From Gnetum montanum (lineage: Eukaryota; Plantae; Gnetophyta): a stretch of 64,000 bases of DNA. Numbering within the stretch: the stretch's first letter is position 1; each line of letters begins with the position of its first letter. The notes beneath the pieces were generated by a model, which was given only the letters and a program-made list of their open reading frames with translations, was not told where the DNA came from and did no database searches. The stretch covers positions 161,983 to 225,982 of the forward strand of contig MNCI01000667.1 of NCBI GenBank assembly GCA_015680685.1, read 5' to 3'. Below are positions 1 through 12,072 of the stretch, in pieces. Made by a program: the position numbers and the translations under genes.

Positions 1-101
1 GCGATATTGCATACGCGATATCGTAGGAGAAGACGCGATATCGCGTACGCGATATCGCGACGGCCGCGATATCGCGGCCTAGTGCATATGGCGTCTCATC
101 A
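1..101 (-). mobile_element. 5' end of a young family-A LTR, nested in the gag of another family-A element; runs off the window edge
   Basis: Ends in CTCATCA. Its reverse complement TGATGAGACGCCATATGCACTAGGCCGCGATATCGCGGCCGTCGCGATATCGC is identical to the LTR start at 13317. It cuts the host ORF at ...HRREGK, which continues as REGRK in the 49463-56500 copy. Confidence 0.85.
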
Positions 102-1680
102 CTTACCTTCTCTTCGATGGCTGTGGCCTCGATCATGATGAAGATCTGAGTGCCCATCCTTGTCACGTGTTTTCATTCCCTTAGTGAACACTTGGTGTTC
201 ATGGGTATCAAAACTAGGATTATGGATCGTGGAGCGTAGGTTCTGATACCCCACCTCCTCACTATCGTTAAGAGGGGGAACATCTTTCAATAGAGAACCC
301 GTTATAAGTGGTTCACCATCTCCAGTTTCTCTTAGGACGTGCGAAACCATTTTTCCCTTCAACAATGTATGATGGCTCTCCTACCTTGAGTCCCTTGAAC
401 GTTGTGCGGATGTGGGATGGTAATCCCTTGTGTCAAAATCTGCTGCAACGTATTCAGCATAAAGCTGTGTCATGCCTATCTGTGCCAAAGCATGAAGAAG
501 CATGTTGGGGACTGCACAATCTGGAGGTAACACGATGTTACCTTACAAGTCTCTCTAGCGCATCTGTTCATCCTAATGGAGGATAAAAGTAAAATCCAGT
601 ATATACTCATCGGGATGGGTATATACCACTCGGTATTGTTGAGGAACTGGTTGATTTTGGTTATGTGTTTTAGATTACCGACTGTTTCCTGTATGATCCC
701 TAGGTGGTGTAATGCTCTTATGAGAAGAAGAAGAAGACATTGTGTCTTATCGGTGTGCTATTTAACCATTATTTAATTTTTTGTTTAATTAACCCTAAGG
801 TTCGTTTAAGCTCCCAATGATGTAAGTAATTTCCTATGTTCTACTTAGCGCACAAACACTTAGTCCTCGACAATGGCGCCAATGATGAGTGGCAAGGTAC
901 CCCTACACTCAACCATATGAATACGAGTGTAACACGCACGATCCGGTCAAACTCTGCAGACTAAGTTCCTACATGCCTCATGGAACACTTAAGGTTAATT
1001 ATTCGTTGTCTTCCCATACTTACTTGTATTTGTCATGGTGTATGGTTAAGTAAGTCTGAGGTATATGATTTTTATGTCTTTTCGGTTTTATCTCATATGC
1101 TGATAAGGTGAAGGGTTGAAGAGACTAATTAACTAACTTTAACTAACTAACTAAGCCTTAATTAACCTAGCGTCAACATTCGTTCCCACTTACTGTTCAC
1201 ACCCTAAACCAATGCAACCTTGGTTACCAAATGCTAATCGTTGCTGGGATCACCAAGCATAATGCACGTGCTCGAAGCGGTCATACTGAGGCACTTAACT
1301 AGGAGAGAAGGGTTGAGAGAGATTTAATGAACTAAGAAAGTAATTAAATGATAAACAATAAATAACGATAAATAAAAGTCCTATTTAGCCTATACCATGC
1401 ACTACAAGGTTTATCCAAGAAGTTCGTCTTTATTGCCGTACACAAACTTGTGTTCAGGTATAATGTTTGCTCGAATAAAGATCTGTTCACTTTGGAGTTC
1501 CTACTATGGGCACATGGAAAATATTCTATCTCTAGAGAGGAAAAAATGCCAGCGTTTCGCTATGGTCTAGGCCTAGAATGAGAAATAAGAGAGAGCTGCC
1601 TCTTATTTATAGACTTGGCGGTGCACCGCGATATCGCGGGGAACGATGCGATATCGTGTACACGATATCATGTCCTATCA
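102..1680 (-). mobile_element. Athila-like Gypsy element (family A): 5' LTR 883-1680, PBS, leader and gag start; inserted into the 3' end of a LINE
   Basis: LTR termini TGATAGG.../...CTCATCA. 102-880 is homologous to ~54950-55719. The LINE ORF2 is cut at 1681. Confidence 0.85.
864..881 (-). promoter_or_regulatory. Primer-binding site, tRNA-Asp type
   Basis: Minus strand TGGCGCCATTGTCGAGGA directly after the LTR; close to the Athila-type TGGCGCCGTTGCCGGGGA. Confidence 0.8.
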
Positions 1681-4600
1681 CCTAGTTCTTGACATTGAAG
1701 TTGAACAATACTATCAATAGAGCATTTCATACCGTAGTCAAATTTATTGTAGTTTGTGTTTTGATACCAAGCATCTAGGCGACATTTCCAAATAAAGAAG
1801 ATAATCTCAAATAAGAGGATTTTCCAGGCTTTTTGAAGGTGACACTTAACACAATCATCTTGAAAGATACATTGAGGAAAACCAATAGAATGGTTAGGAA
1901 GGAAGACTTGGAGAGATTGACACCATGTCCAAATGTGTTGAGAGAATGAGCGATCCCAAAAGACATGTTGAAAAGATTCAAATGCTTTACAAATGGGGCA
2001 TTTAGGATGATCAATTCCCAAGAAATGAAGCCTATGTCTGATGGGAAGACCTTGATGAACTAAGAACCAAGAAAAGAAACGGTGCTTAGGTTGGGCCTTG
2101 GAAGTCCAAATTCGACGAAAAATAGTTTTTCACTGGTGGTCCTCAAGATGTAAACTACAACGTCTATTTAGAGTGGAGAATTGAAAATCTTACGCATGAA
2201 ACCAAGATTTGGCTTTAGAGATGCGTAAAGAGAGAAGAGGGGAACCGTCAGGCCAAAACCAATCATCATGCCAAGGAGTATTAGTATGCAACTTATGCAC
2301 AGCAAAGTTGGATAGAACTTGCTCTATGTGTTGGTAAATGATAATATCTTATCTTTGAAACCCCCATTTTACTTTCACATGTGTCCAAGAGAGGGTAGGA
2401 GAATAATTTCTAATAGTATATAATTGATCAACATGGTGGAGATTATGGTCAGCAAAACGATTGGCTCTATGAGAGAATTCATCATAAAGACAACCTACAT
2501 TCTTTTTAAAAATAGGAGACCACCAGATCAAGTGTGTCAATAGAGAGTGCAAGCTTATCTGGGAAGGTTTCCATTGCAACAAACCTCTAAGTTGGCTCTA
2601 ACACCGCCAAATTTGCTTAAACAAGAAAGAACCTTTGATCTTTTGAGAGCCTTCACTAATGATCATATTGCTCCAATGAGTATTTTTCCATCTATGGTGA
2701 ATACCAAGATAAGAGATGTTATGCCTAAAAAGGATCTTCCAAGCTTCATCTCCTTCAATACACCAAGTTACCCATTTGGAGGCCAAGAAAATACTCTGGT
2801 GCTCAATAGAGGCAAGGCCTAAGCCCCCGTGTTCTTTACTTAAAGTGCAAGTATCCCAAGCTACTCGATGAAAAGCTTTGTGATCATCCTTATCCCCCCA
2901 AAGGAAATTCCTAAGAATGTTGTTAATGCATTGAAAGGAAGATTTGGAAGGAGCCATAAAGGAAGAGTAATAGACATGAGTGGAGCTCAAAATATGATTA
3001 ACTACGATAAATCTACCTGCAAGAGATAAGGGTTTAGAAGCCCATTTCAAAGCTTTATGTTTCACCTTTTCCACCACATTGTTCCATATGGTAGTGGGAG
3101 TAGCAAATAAAGCAATAGGGATGCCTAAGAGGGTAAAAATATCAATAGGAGATAGCCACTTGATATCAAAATGATAAGTCCAAGGAGGCCTAGGAGAGAA
3201 GCTAGATCGGATGGCTTGCGTTTTGTTCCAATTGATCTTAGCTCCTAAGGCTCTACTGTAGATATCTATGCAATGCAAGGCAATGTTAAAATTATTATGG
3301 TCCTCAATCAAAGTGATAAAAGTATCATCTGCAAATTGGCTGTAAACAAGATCCTTTCCTTGTTGTGGAAGAGAGATACCTCTTAGCCTCATAGATTCAT
3401 TATGAGATCTAAGAATAACTCCAAGAGCATCAGTAGCTAGGATGAAAAGATAAGGGGCTAAAGGGCACCCCTGTTGGATTGATTTTTGAAATTCAATGAC
3501 CTTAGAGAAGGTTCTGTTAATGCAAATGACTGAAGAGGCCTCTAAAAAACAAGATCAATATGTCTCTCAAAAACATTACCTAAGTTATGGTGTTTGACTA
3601 TACTTTTTAAAAAGGACCAATCAAGCATGTCGTAAGCTTTAGCAAAATCAAGCTTAAGAAGAATGACATTTTGATTAGTGGAAGAAGCCCAGTGCAAGCC
3701 CTCAATAGCAGTAACAACATTGTCTAAAATATACCTGCCTTGAACAAAATCGATTTGCTCTTTGCTTATAAGATGAGGAAGAAAAGGTTTAAGTTTATTA
3801 GCTATAGCTTTGGCAACTATTTTATAGATAACATTTAAAAGAGTGATAGGGCGCCAATTACTTATGCTCATACGATCTCCTGACTTAGGGAGAAGCTTAA
3901 TAATACCAGCATTAATTTGCTTACCAAAGGATCCTTCCCTAAAAGCTTCCTTATACACACTATAAACAATGTCTTGAAGAGTAGGCCAGAATTTCTTAAA
4001 AAATTCTATGGGAAGGCCATCCATACTAGCGGCTTTACCATTTTGGAGTTGTTGAAGAGCATGACCAAGATCCTGTTTGGAAAGAAGAGAGGCATCACCA
4101 AAGATGGAGCAATTAAAAGGAGTAATAGCTCCTAAGCAAGTACTAACTACAGTGGGGTCAATCACCTCTTTTCGAAAAGTTCGAGAGTAGAACTCAAAGA
4201 AGGCCTATAAAATGTCATCCTTGGAGGTGAAGATATTATCTTCAACTTGAATAGCTGAAATTTTATGGGACGGGTTCCCCCCTTTGAGGAGACGAAAAAA
4301 GCCATTAGTAGCCTGGTCATCGATGTGGAGCCAAGAGAGACGAGCACGGAGGTGAGCACCTTAGCTTCATAGTGATCCATTATATGTAGGTTCTCCTTGG
4401 CAAGTTTCAAATGACTAAAGTGAGCCTCAGTAGCTTCATATTTTTTAATGGTATTTTGAAGTAAGGAGATTTCCTTATGAAGGTTGTACTTGTGAGAACT
4501 TAGTCGTGAAGCCACCAATTTACCTGCATGTTTGGAAAACCGTTGGAGGCGGGTACAAGCATTAGTCCACCAATTAATCCAACCATCTTCACCAAGGGGT

Positions 4601-5448
4601 TTAGGATGCAAATTCCATATTTTCATCAATAGAGAGCAAAGGGAGTTACTATGAAGAAAGGTAATGTTAAAAATATAAAGATCGTTAGAAGAGTAGGAGT
4701 TCCCAGAGTTGGAAAGAGACCAATGAAGAGTATAATGATCTGACAAAACCTGGGTATAATCTGCTTGGATAGGGGCACCGTTGGTAGAAGTAAAATGAAT
4801 AAGAGGATTCGTAGATAGATAAACCTGATCCAACCGAGAAGAGATGTAGGAAGCACCATGTTTAGCGTTACTCCAAGTAAACCAATTAGAAGTACTAGAA
4901 GAGGAGTAGTTTTCATTAGCTTCTTGCAACTTTAATTAATGTTTCAACGAGAGCCACTCAGAAAGCTCCCTATTATCTAAACCACCTCTTTGCCCTCCAA
5001 ATTTATCCTTTGGATGCTAAGTCATGTTGAAGTCCCTTGCAATAATCCACTTAGCTTTGGGTAAGTTGTGCCTGAGCCAATTCCACAAGAGCTTCCAATC
5101 AGTTGAGTGACAAGGAGCATAAATGGAGATAATCCCTAAGATTTCATTAGCGTATAGTAATCGAACCCAACTACAATGCCCGAAATTATCACAACCATGA
5201 TCAAGAATAGACTCCTGCCACTTATTATGGAGAAAAATTATAGCCCCCCCTTTGCCATGTTCATGGTGAGCAAAAACATAAGAACTATTGGGAAAAATGC
5301 TCTGGCAGTAGATTTGAAGATTGAATCCTTCGATTTTAACTTCTTGAAGACAAACAACATCAAAGGAATGTCTCCAAATATAATCTCAAACTATATACCT
5401 TTTACGAGGGTCTGAGAGGCCCCTAACATTCCATGAACAACACTTCAT
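1681..5448 (-). pseudogene. LINE ORF2 (APE endonuclease, reverse transcriptase, C-terminal zinc finger), disrupted
   Basis: Motifs MKCCSWNVRGL, SRLD, SDH, NWRPITLLNVIYKIVAK, KLDFAKAYD, QGCPLAPYLF, QFADDT, CPIC...H.F. Split over ORFs 4162-4929, 3542-4165, 2598-3392 and 1668-2021. Confidence 0.93.
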
Positions 5449-6568
5449 TGGGTTTGTGTAGAAGAAGGAGGATCATCCTCAACCACCAAGGCCTTAAAAG
5501 AATTCATAGATTCAAAGTTGTTAACTAGAAGACGCCGAGAACTTGTTCTTTTGCTAATGGACTAGCTAGCACCAGTCAAGGATCGATGCCCTTTAGGGAA
5601 AGCACTAAAGATAGGGTTATCTTGTGTGACTGAGGCATAAGATTTCTGGGTAACACACTCCCAGCCACTAGTAGCGTCTTTTGGGGTCCCTTCTTGGTTA
5701 AGAGGATTCTTAGTGGCATCAGTATCCTCGATTTTCATATCTTCCACATCGGACACCTTAGAATTTGAAGAGGGAGGTTTAGTTGAGTGAACCACAACAG
5801 TATCCTTGCCTATGTCCTGAGATATGTTTTGATTTTTTAGTTCTTCACTAACTTATTCTACTAAAATTCGCTCAGCTTCAAGCTTAGCCAGTAACTTTGG
5901 ACATTGAGCTTTATGGTGGTTTGGATCGAGACAGTAGTAACAATGGTTAGAAAGTGTAAGATATGAAATTTTTTGAACAAAAGTCTTTCCTTTCACATTA
6001 ACTTCGAGTGAATCAGGACGCGGCTTTTGCATATCTATTTTAACACACACTCTTCGAGTTGGTCGTGGACGGAAACCTGAAAAGGCCTCCATACCGATGA
6101 CTTCCCCAACTTGTGCAGCAAGGATATTAACATGGGGAGAAAAATGAGGAGAGAGTCCTGGAAATTCAATCCAAACCGGCAAAATACTTTTGCTTGCTTT
6201 TTTAGGATCGAAATCCTCCTTCCAGGGTTGAAGGACTAAAAAGGATCCATAAACATTCCAAATTACCTGTTGTTTCACGAATTCTGCCATAGCCTTAGTT
6301 TCAAAAGAAAACAGAAAAAAGCCTCTCGTAAGATTGGAAGTTAGGGTTATTCTTATATTACGGGGTTCCCAAAATTTTTAACCCAATCCTGGAACACCAA
6401 GGCAGGAGGAATCCTACTAGTGAAGAAGCCAATTGTGTAAAGGTGAGTAAAGGTTTGTACAGTTTGGTCAAAGATGTCTTTAGGGAAATCAAAACGTAAA
6501 ATAGTATCATTAGCATCCATGTTGGTGTAGCTGTTAGTAGGCTGTGAGTCAATGTTGGAGGATTCCAT
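5445..6568 (-). pseudogene. LINE ORF1 (DUF4283-like region plus CCHC zinc knuckle), disrupted
   Basis: LVLQPWKEDFDP, PVWIEFPGL, CYYCLDPNHHKAQC, C-terminal NSFKAL. Its TGA overlaps the ORF2 ATG (ATGA, 5448-5445). Confidence 0.88.
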
Positions 6569-7059
6569 TATTTTACGTTTTTTCCTCCAACATCAAAGCA
6601 AGAAGACAAAACAGATTGGGTCATGCAGACCTATTGGGCCTAAGCCTAGCCAATTCAGAAAATCAAAATAGAGAAAATATTAAAAAAGAAACAAAACACA
6701 AAGGAACAAACTCACCTGGTACTTATTAATGGATGACGCAGGAACTATAGAAGGCAAAGGGTCCCACATGCAATCCTGCAAAACCTGTTCAAGCGCTTGC
6801 TGGTTTGGGGCCTAGAATGCTTCAGCATCGCTGCGATTAAACCAGAACAGATCTATCACCACCGTCCCACAAAAACCCTATGCCTTTGATCAGGTTAGCC
6901 TGTGCTCCAAGACTGGCCAGCACAAGGCGCTGTCAGGAAACCTAGCGAAGGGCCACCAAATTTCAAATCTACATTGATTTAATGCTCAAAGACCGATCAC
7001 TTCATTTCCACACGAACCCTAATAACTACATATGTTGAACCCTAATAACTACATATGTT

Positions 7060-7234
7060 GTGCCCCAACTTGGGTTTCCTCCTTTAATACTCGTTTATTT
7101 ATAAGGTGTTTCTTGAGTTTCATTCACAATGCTCTCAGCTTTCCCTTCCCCTTAACCTTATGACTCATTCAAGTTGTTGTTATTGATGCACCTTTAATTT
7201 CAATAAAACTTCTTTTCGGACACCCCCCCTCCCC
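7060..7234 (+). mobile_element. Short non-LTR retroposon 3' fragment with oligo(C) end
   Basis: Flanked by the 13-bp direct repeat AACTACATATGTT (7047-7059, 7235-7247). Ends AATAAA...CGGACACCCCCCCTCCCC, like the LINE fragment end at 36054. Confidence 0.6.
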
Positions 7235-8482
7235 AACTACATATGTTTAAATAATATAAAATTATTTTAGTTTTAACAAAAGAAAATATAGTAAAATAAT
7301 AATAAATAAAAAATTATAAGTTAAAATCCATTAAACTTTAATAGAGAAAGCTTAATTTTCCTGGACTAGCTATGCCTTAGACTTAACTTTGACCAAGAAT
7401 ATTCCTGTTTTCTTTTAATTGTACTAGACAAAACTTCCTTATTTTTAAGTTGAAATGATGGTGTCAGCTTGACATTGGCTTGACCCTGAGAATAGTATAG
7501 TTTTTTATGCACAATAGAGGGAGGGGGTAATACTAAAAATGTATTTTGATTGATATTTTTCATTATCTTTGCAAAATGTAACACCCATTCATAGGTGGCA
7601 AGAGTTAACAATTGACTCTCCCAAACAAGCTACCTAAAAATCCAAGGGTGAATTCTTTTCCCCATAAAGTTAGTTAATTATTAGAAATCCAACTTGAATA
7701 AAGACCGACATAGAGAACTATCATTTAAAATAGAGCACAACATAGAAAATTATAGGATGCAAAGAATGGCCCAAGGATCTAGCAGCAAGAGAATGCAAAT
7801 ACAACAACTGACATCTTTCTATACACTATGCATCCAAGGCCCAAAACAAATGTCATAACATTTAAAACTTTTGAAGTCATATCTATCGCCATCTAACTCA
7901 AGAAGAAGCCAATTAACTTAATCAATTCACTGTAACAAACTTAAATTATGCATAATCAAAATGCAATAATTATAAAGAAAGTCAAACTGAAATAAAACAT
8001 TTTATTTTGCATCATCCCACTTGAATAATTAATTAAACTTAGTTTCATTCTTTATGTATTATATGACCATTTTTTGCCAAATCAAAGTAACTTCATAAAC
8101 TCATAAACATATTAATTTAAATTTTTAATGCACTTAAATTCCATGTTCGATTTTAATACATCATGTACTAACACAAGTAAAAAATATATAAAAAAATACT
8201 TTAGATAAGTATCTTTCTTTTTTTTAAGGAAAAAAAAACCTAGTCAAAACAATCAATTCTTAGAAACACTAAAGTAAATTCGTTGGTAGGCAAGCGTATG
8301 TGAATAACAAAAAAAAGCAAAAACTAGTGCATTCTTGGTCAAGCCAAAGTCAAATCAACACATCATTTGTAACTTAAAAACCAGGGAAATTTCAAGCAGT
8401 GGTGGCAGTCCCGCAAAAGGGAAAAAGGAGCATCTATGATTATTCATCAAAGTCGAAAAAACAATTATTCCAATTTACAGTG

Positions 8483-8740
8483 AAAGGGAATTTTGTCTTT
8501 TTTTAAAGACCAGTGGGAGCAAAGATTGGGTTTATGTTGAAGCTTTGAAGAAAATTTTGTCTTTTTTAAGACCAGTGGAAGCAAAGACTAGGTTTATGTG
8601 GAAGCAAAGACTAGGTTTATGTTTAAGCTTTGAAGAGAAATTTGTCTTTTTTAAGACCAGTGGGAGCAAAGACTAGGAAGGGAATTTTGTCTTTTAAGAC
8701 CAGTGGGAGAAAAGACTAAGTTTATGTTAAAGCTTTGAAG
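8483..8740. repeat. Imperfect tandem array, about 4 units of ~60-70 bp
   Basis: Repeated ATTTTGTCTTTTTTAAGACCAGTGGGAGCAAAGACTAGGTTTATGT...AAGCTTTGAAG. Confidence 0.9.
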
Positions 8741-9154
8741 CCGTAACCCTGGAAGGGTTTGTAAGGTTGGAGATTGATGCTGCATGCTTGTATTTGTAAC
8801 ATGTATAAAATTATAAATTTATATAAAAAATGAAAACTTTTAACATTTATAATTCCATTAATCATTAAACATTTTAAAAGGTTAAAAAAGCGTTGGAACA
8901 ATATGTTTAGAAAAAGTTCCGTGAGGGCCCAAGCAACAAACCAAGGGTAGTGTTGTTGAACAGTTTTTCTTGTCAGTGAAAGTAACCAATTCTGGGAGAC
9001 ATCTATTTTTCTTCCCCAAGTACCACTACCCAAGAGATTAAAAGAACTTTCATCTAGTAACAGAAACACAATTGCTTAAATATTCTTCCATTTTCATTTC
9101 TGCCTTTCTTGATGTATTTGGCTACGCAAGGAGATTAAAATCCATGAAATTGAA

Positions 9155-9188
9155 ACCAGCATTAAAATCAACTGATTTTAATGCTGGT
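9155..9188. repeat. Perfect 16-bp inverted repeat with a 2-nt spacer
   Basis: ACCAGCATTAAAATCA-AC-TGATTTTAATGCTGGT. Confidence 0.95.
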
Positions 9189-11907
9189 AGTTTTTTTAAA
9201 AAGCAAGAAACTAAATAAATAATACAAGCTTCATCCCGAGGCTTTCTTCACCATGAAATTTGCAGGGTAAAAGAGTAAAAAACTTTTCACATTGTTCTGG
9301 TTTCACATTTTCGGTATCACGTTCTTTGTTCATGTCGCCAGTCTCTTTTAGCTGCTTTATTAGCAATTAAAGGATATATTAGCAATTAAAGGATAGAAGA
9401 CTTATGCCACTGAACCTAAGAATCAGCTCCATCTCATCAAATTTCAAAGATATTGCTACCGCTCTTTCGGGCTTTCTTTACTCCATGACAATGACTGCTC
9501 CCTACCCTGATGAAGACACTGCAATGTGAAAGCCAGCCCATGTTTTTCTTGACTAAAATAATGATATGCTTAACATGAATGTATGGTGCAGCTGCCCAAA
9601 TCCATAATCCAAACGTAGCGTGAGGGTTTCCACAGAATTTGTGTGGATGCAAATGAGCATTGAAAAATAGTTTAGATAAGTTTCTTTTCTTTTGTTAATT
9701 CTCGGAAATGAAAGCTTCCTGTCTCACTCTCATCTGTTTCTGTCATTCTTTTATTTATTTATTTGTTTTTCATTAAGGATGGATTGGTTGTACGGGAATA
9801 ACAAGTTATGTATATACGGCACTGAAATTCAGGAAAAATGCTCATTGCAGAGGGTCAAGACTAAGAATTACAGGGCCATATAGAAGAAGGAATGGGCATT
9901 GAAAGGTTGGAGCATTGAAAGTGTAGACAGTTATATTCTGTATAAACCCTATTTCGGAACATGGATGTCTTTCTAACATTCTCATAATTAATAGATTAAG
10001 ATATTTGCTTTAATTGTACATTTTCAGGTAATCCAATTTAAAATGGGCTTGATTTACCCATGTATTAATTTTATTTTGGTTTGGGAAATTAATTAAGATT
10101 TCAAAGTAAATTGTTTCTACCATTAATTATGGTTTAAATAAAACATAGGTTTCATTGATAATAAGAGAATTTACAGAATGTGAGATGTCAGCATTTACAA
10201 TTTACAATAAACAATTAATGAGATCTTTTCATTTGAAACATGCAAAACATTGAAAATGAATACCATATTTTCATACATTGTTTTGCTTTGGATAACATTA
10301 AAAAGAAATGAGATTTTAAAGTTCAAATTTGGTTGATTTGTTCTAAATATTACCGAGAACACTTTTTTTATGATGTTTTCAAAACTCATAATACATACAT
10401 TTCTACTATTCAATAGATGTTTTAGTTTTGAAATTAACCTCCAAAATCTCATTATGAAAGTTTTTTTATTTATTAAAAAATATCTAATGTAATGCCCAAC
10501 TTTGTTACTCTTATTATGATAATGTATGCAAAAATTTTGCTTTTCTTAAAAAAGGTTAGATATTTTGGGAACTAGCATGTAATGAAGGAAAGAAAGTTCA
10601 TGATCAATAATGTTCACAAATAAAATAAAATTAATTAAAGTTAATTATTAACAAATCTACCTAGTTAAAAAACTTACTTATAATAAGCTTTTCAATAATC
10701 TTAATTGCCAATGAGATATTGATTCTCCTGTTTTTCACCTTGCCGTGTGTTATGGGCATGAATTGACTTTAATGCTGCCATATCCTAAATAATAGTCTTC
10801 TTCATGGAATAAAGTGTTCACTTTTAAATGCATTGATGACTTCCACCACACCTTTGTCTTTTACCTAATAGCACGTGTGATTCTGCAGCAATATCTATGC
10901 TTGATTTGTGGAAGCAAGGAATTGAAGATTCATGATTCTGAACGTGTTTAGGTACATGTATCTCAAGAAAAAGTGGGGGCAGGTTCTTAGTCGAGAACAT
11001 GATAGAGAAAATTTAAATATATTAGTTTTTTTTAAAAATTAAATCACATATATCATAAAAAAATATTGTAGAATATAGAACAAGTACAATGTAAATCCAA
11101 AATATTGTACAATGTAAATCCAAAATATTGTTAATGCTTAAAAATTGCACAGAAGATTGCAATATCATCATTAAACTGAAGCAAGAAAATTTGCAAAGGT
11201 ATGGAGGGCATCAAATCCATTTCCTTACTCAAGAGCCATAATCTGGCCAAAGATATAATTTCTGCAATAACCAAAATGACAGAAATAAAATGAAAAGCTT
11301 ATGTTACTTAATCTAGTCTTTCCAAGAACGAAATTAAACCTCAAGCCCCAAACAAATTTATAACAAATAACGTCTGCAAATACTTTTGTTCAAGGACAAC
11401 TTGTGAGTAACACGTTGAAGACGACCACATTATAAGAAGACACAACTTAGCTAAAGTAGGCACAGCCCAGTAACTCACCTCATCTAAGATGATCAAAAAC
11501 CTTTAAATGCTAGGTAATGGTCACTGGTTATGATGAAGGGGAAAGTAAAAACAGAGCGCCATGAGCTTGTATATGGTCATTGACCATGTGCTGGTGGCTT
11601 CGTTGTCTCATAAGCAAACACATTTTTTAAAAAATTTGAACAAGCATCCATCCGTCATCATGTTCATGACCCATGACGATGTTTTGTCTTTTCTTTTCTC
11701 ATCAGAGATATGACAAAAAGAGCAAAAACCAGCAAAGACCAATAAACACGTCTGAATGTGTGAGTCATGGCGGAACCTTTGACGCTTCCAAAGGCCGGCC
11801 AATCTATGCAAATGCAATGTTTACCTCGCACGCCTCGTCCCAAACTTGATTTCCGTATGACCCAAACCCGGCCCTTCGGCCTTCGGTTACCAAAGTAGCC
11901 CTTACGT

Positions 11908-12072
11908 GATTTCCATGTGTTTGTTTTTTCATTAGTACTCCCTTGTTTTTTGGCCGATGCCATGAATCTTGATTTCCATGTGTTTGTTTTTTCATTAGTA
12001 CTCCCTTGTTTTAGGGTTTAGGGTTCCCTTGTTTTTTGTGGCTGTGACATGCCGATGCCATGAATCTTGATT
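11908..12072. repeat. Local interleaved duplications
   Basis: TGATTTCCATGTGTTTGTTTTTTCATTAGTACTCCCTTGTTTT twice and GCCGATGCCATGAATCTTGATT twice. Confidence 0.9.

Larger units (their letters stand above)
1681..7013 (-). mobile_element. L1-clade LINE, near full length and degenerate; 5' boundary approximate, 3' end displaced by the LTR insertion
   Basis: ORF1 followed by an EN-RT-zinc-finger ORF2, with stops and frameshifts. Confidence 0.92.

Noticed and set aside
9155-9200. Helitron 3' end explaining the gene fragments
   Set aside because: The hairpin is AT-rich and has no correctly spaced CTRR on either strand.
9465-9540. Hammerhead ribozyme (CTGATGA...GAAA at ~9507-9531)
   Set aside because: Stem II is poor and stem I cannot pair. 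The TGATGAG LTR termini elsewhere are ordinary inverted ends, not ribozyme cores.
7250-11400. Short ORFs and possible exon remnants (e.g. 7366-7611, 9780-9930) and small tandem duplications
   Set aside because: No recognisable motifs, AT-rich and full of stops; cannot be supported as genes.
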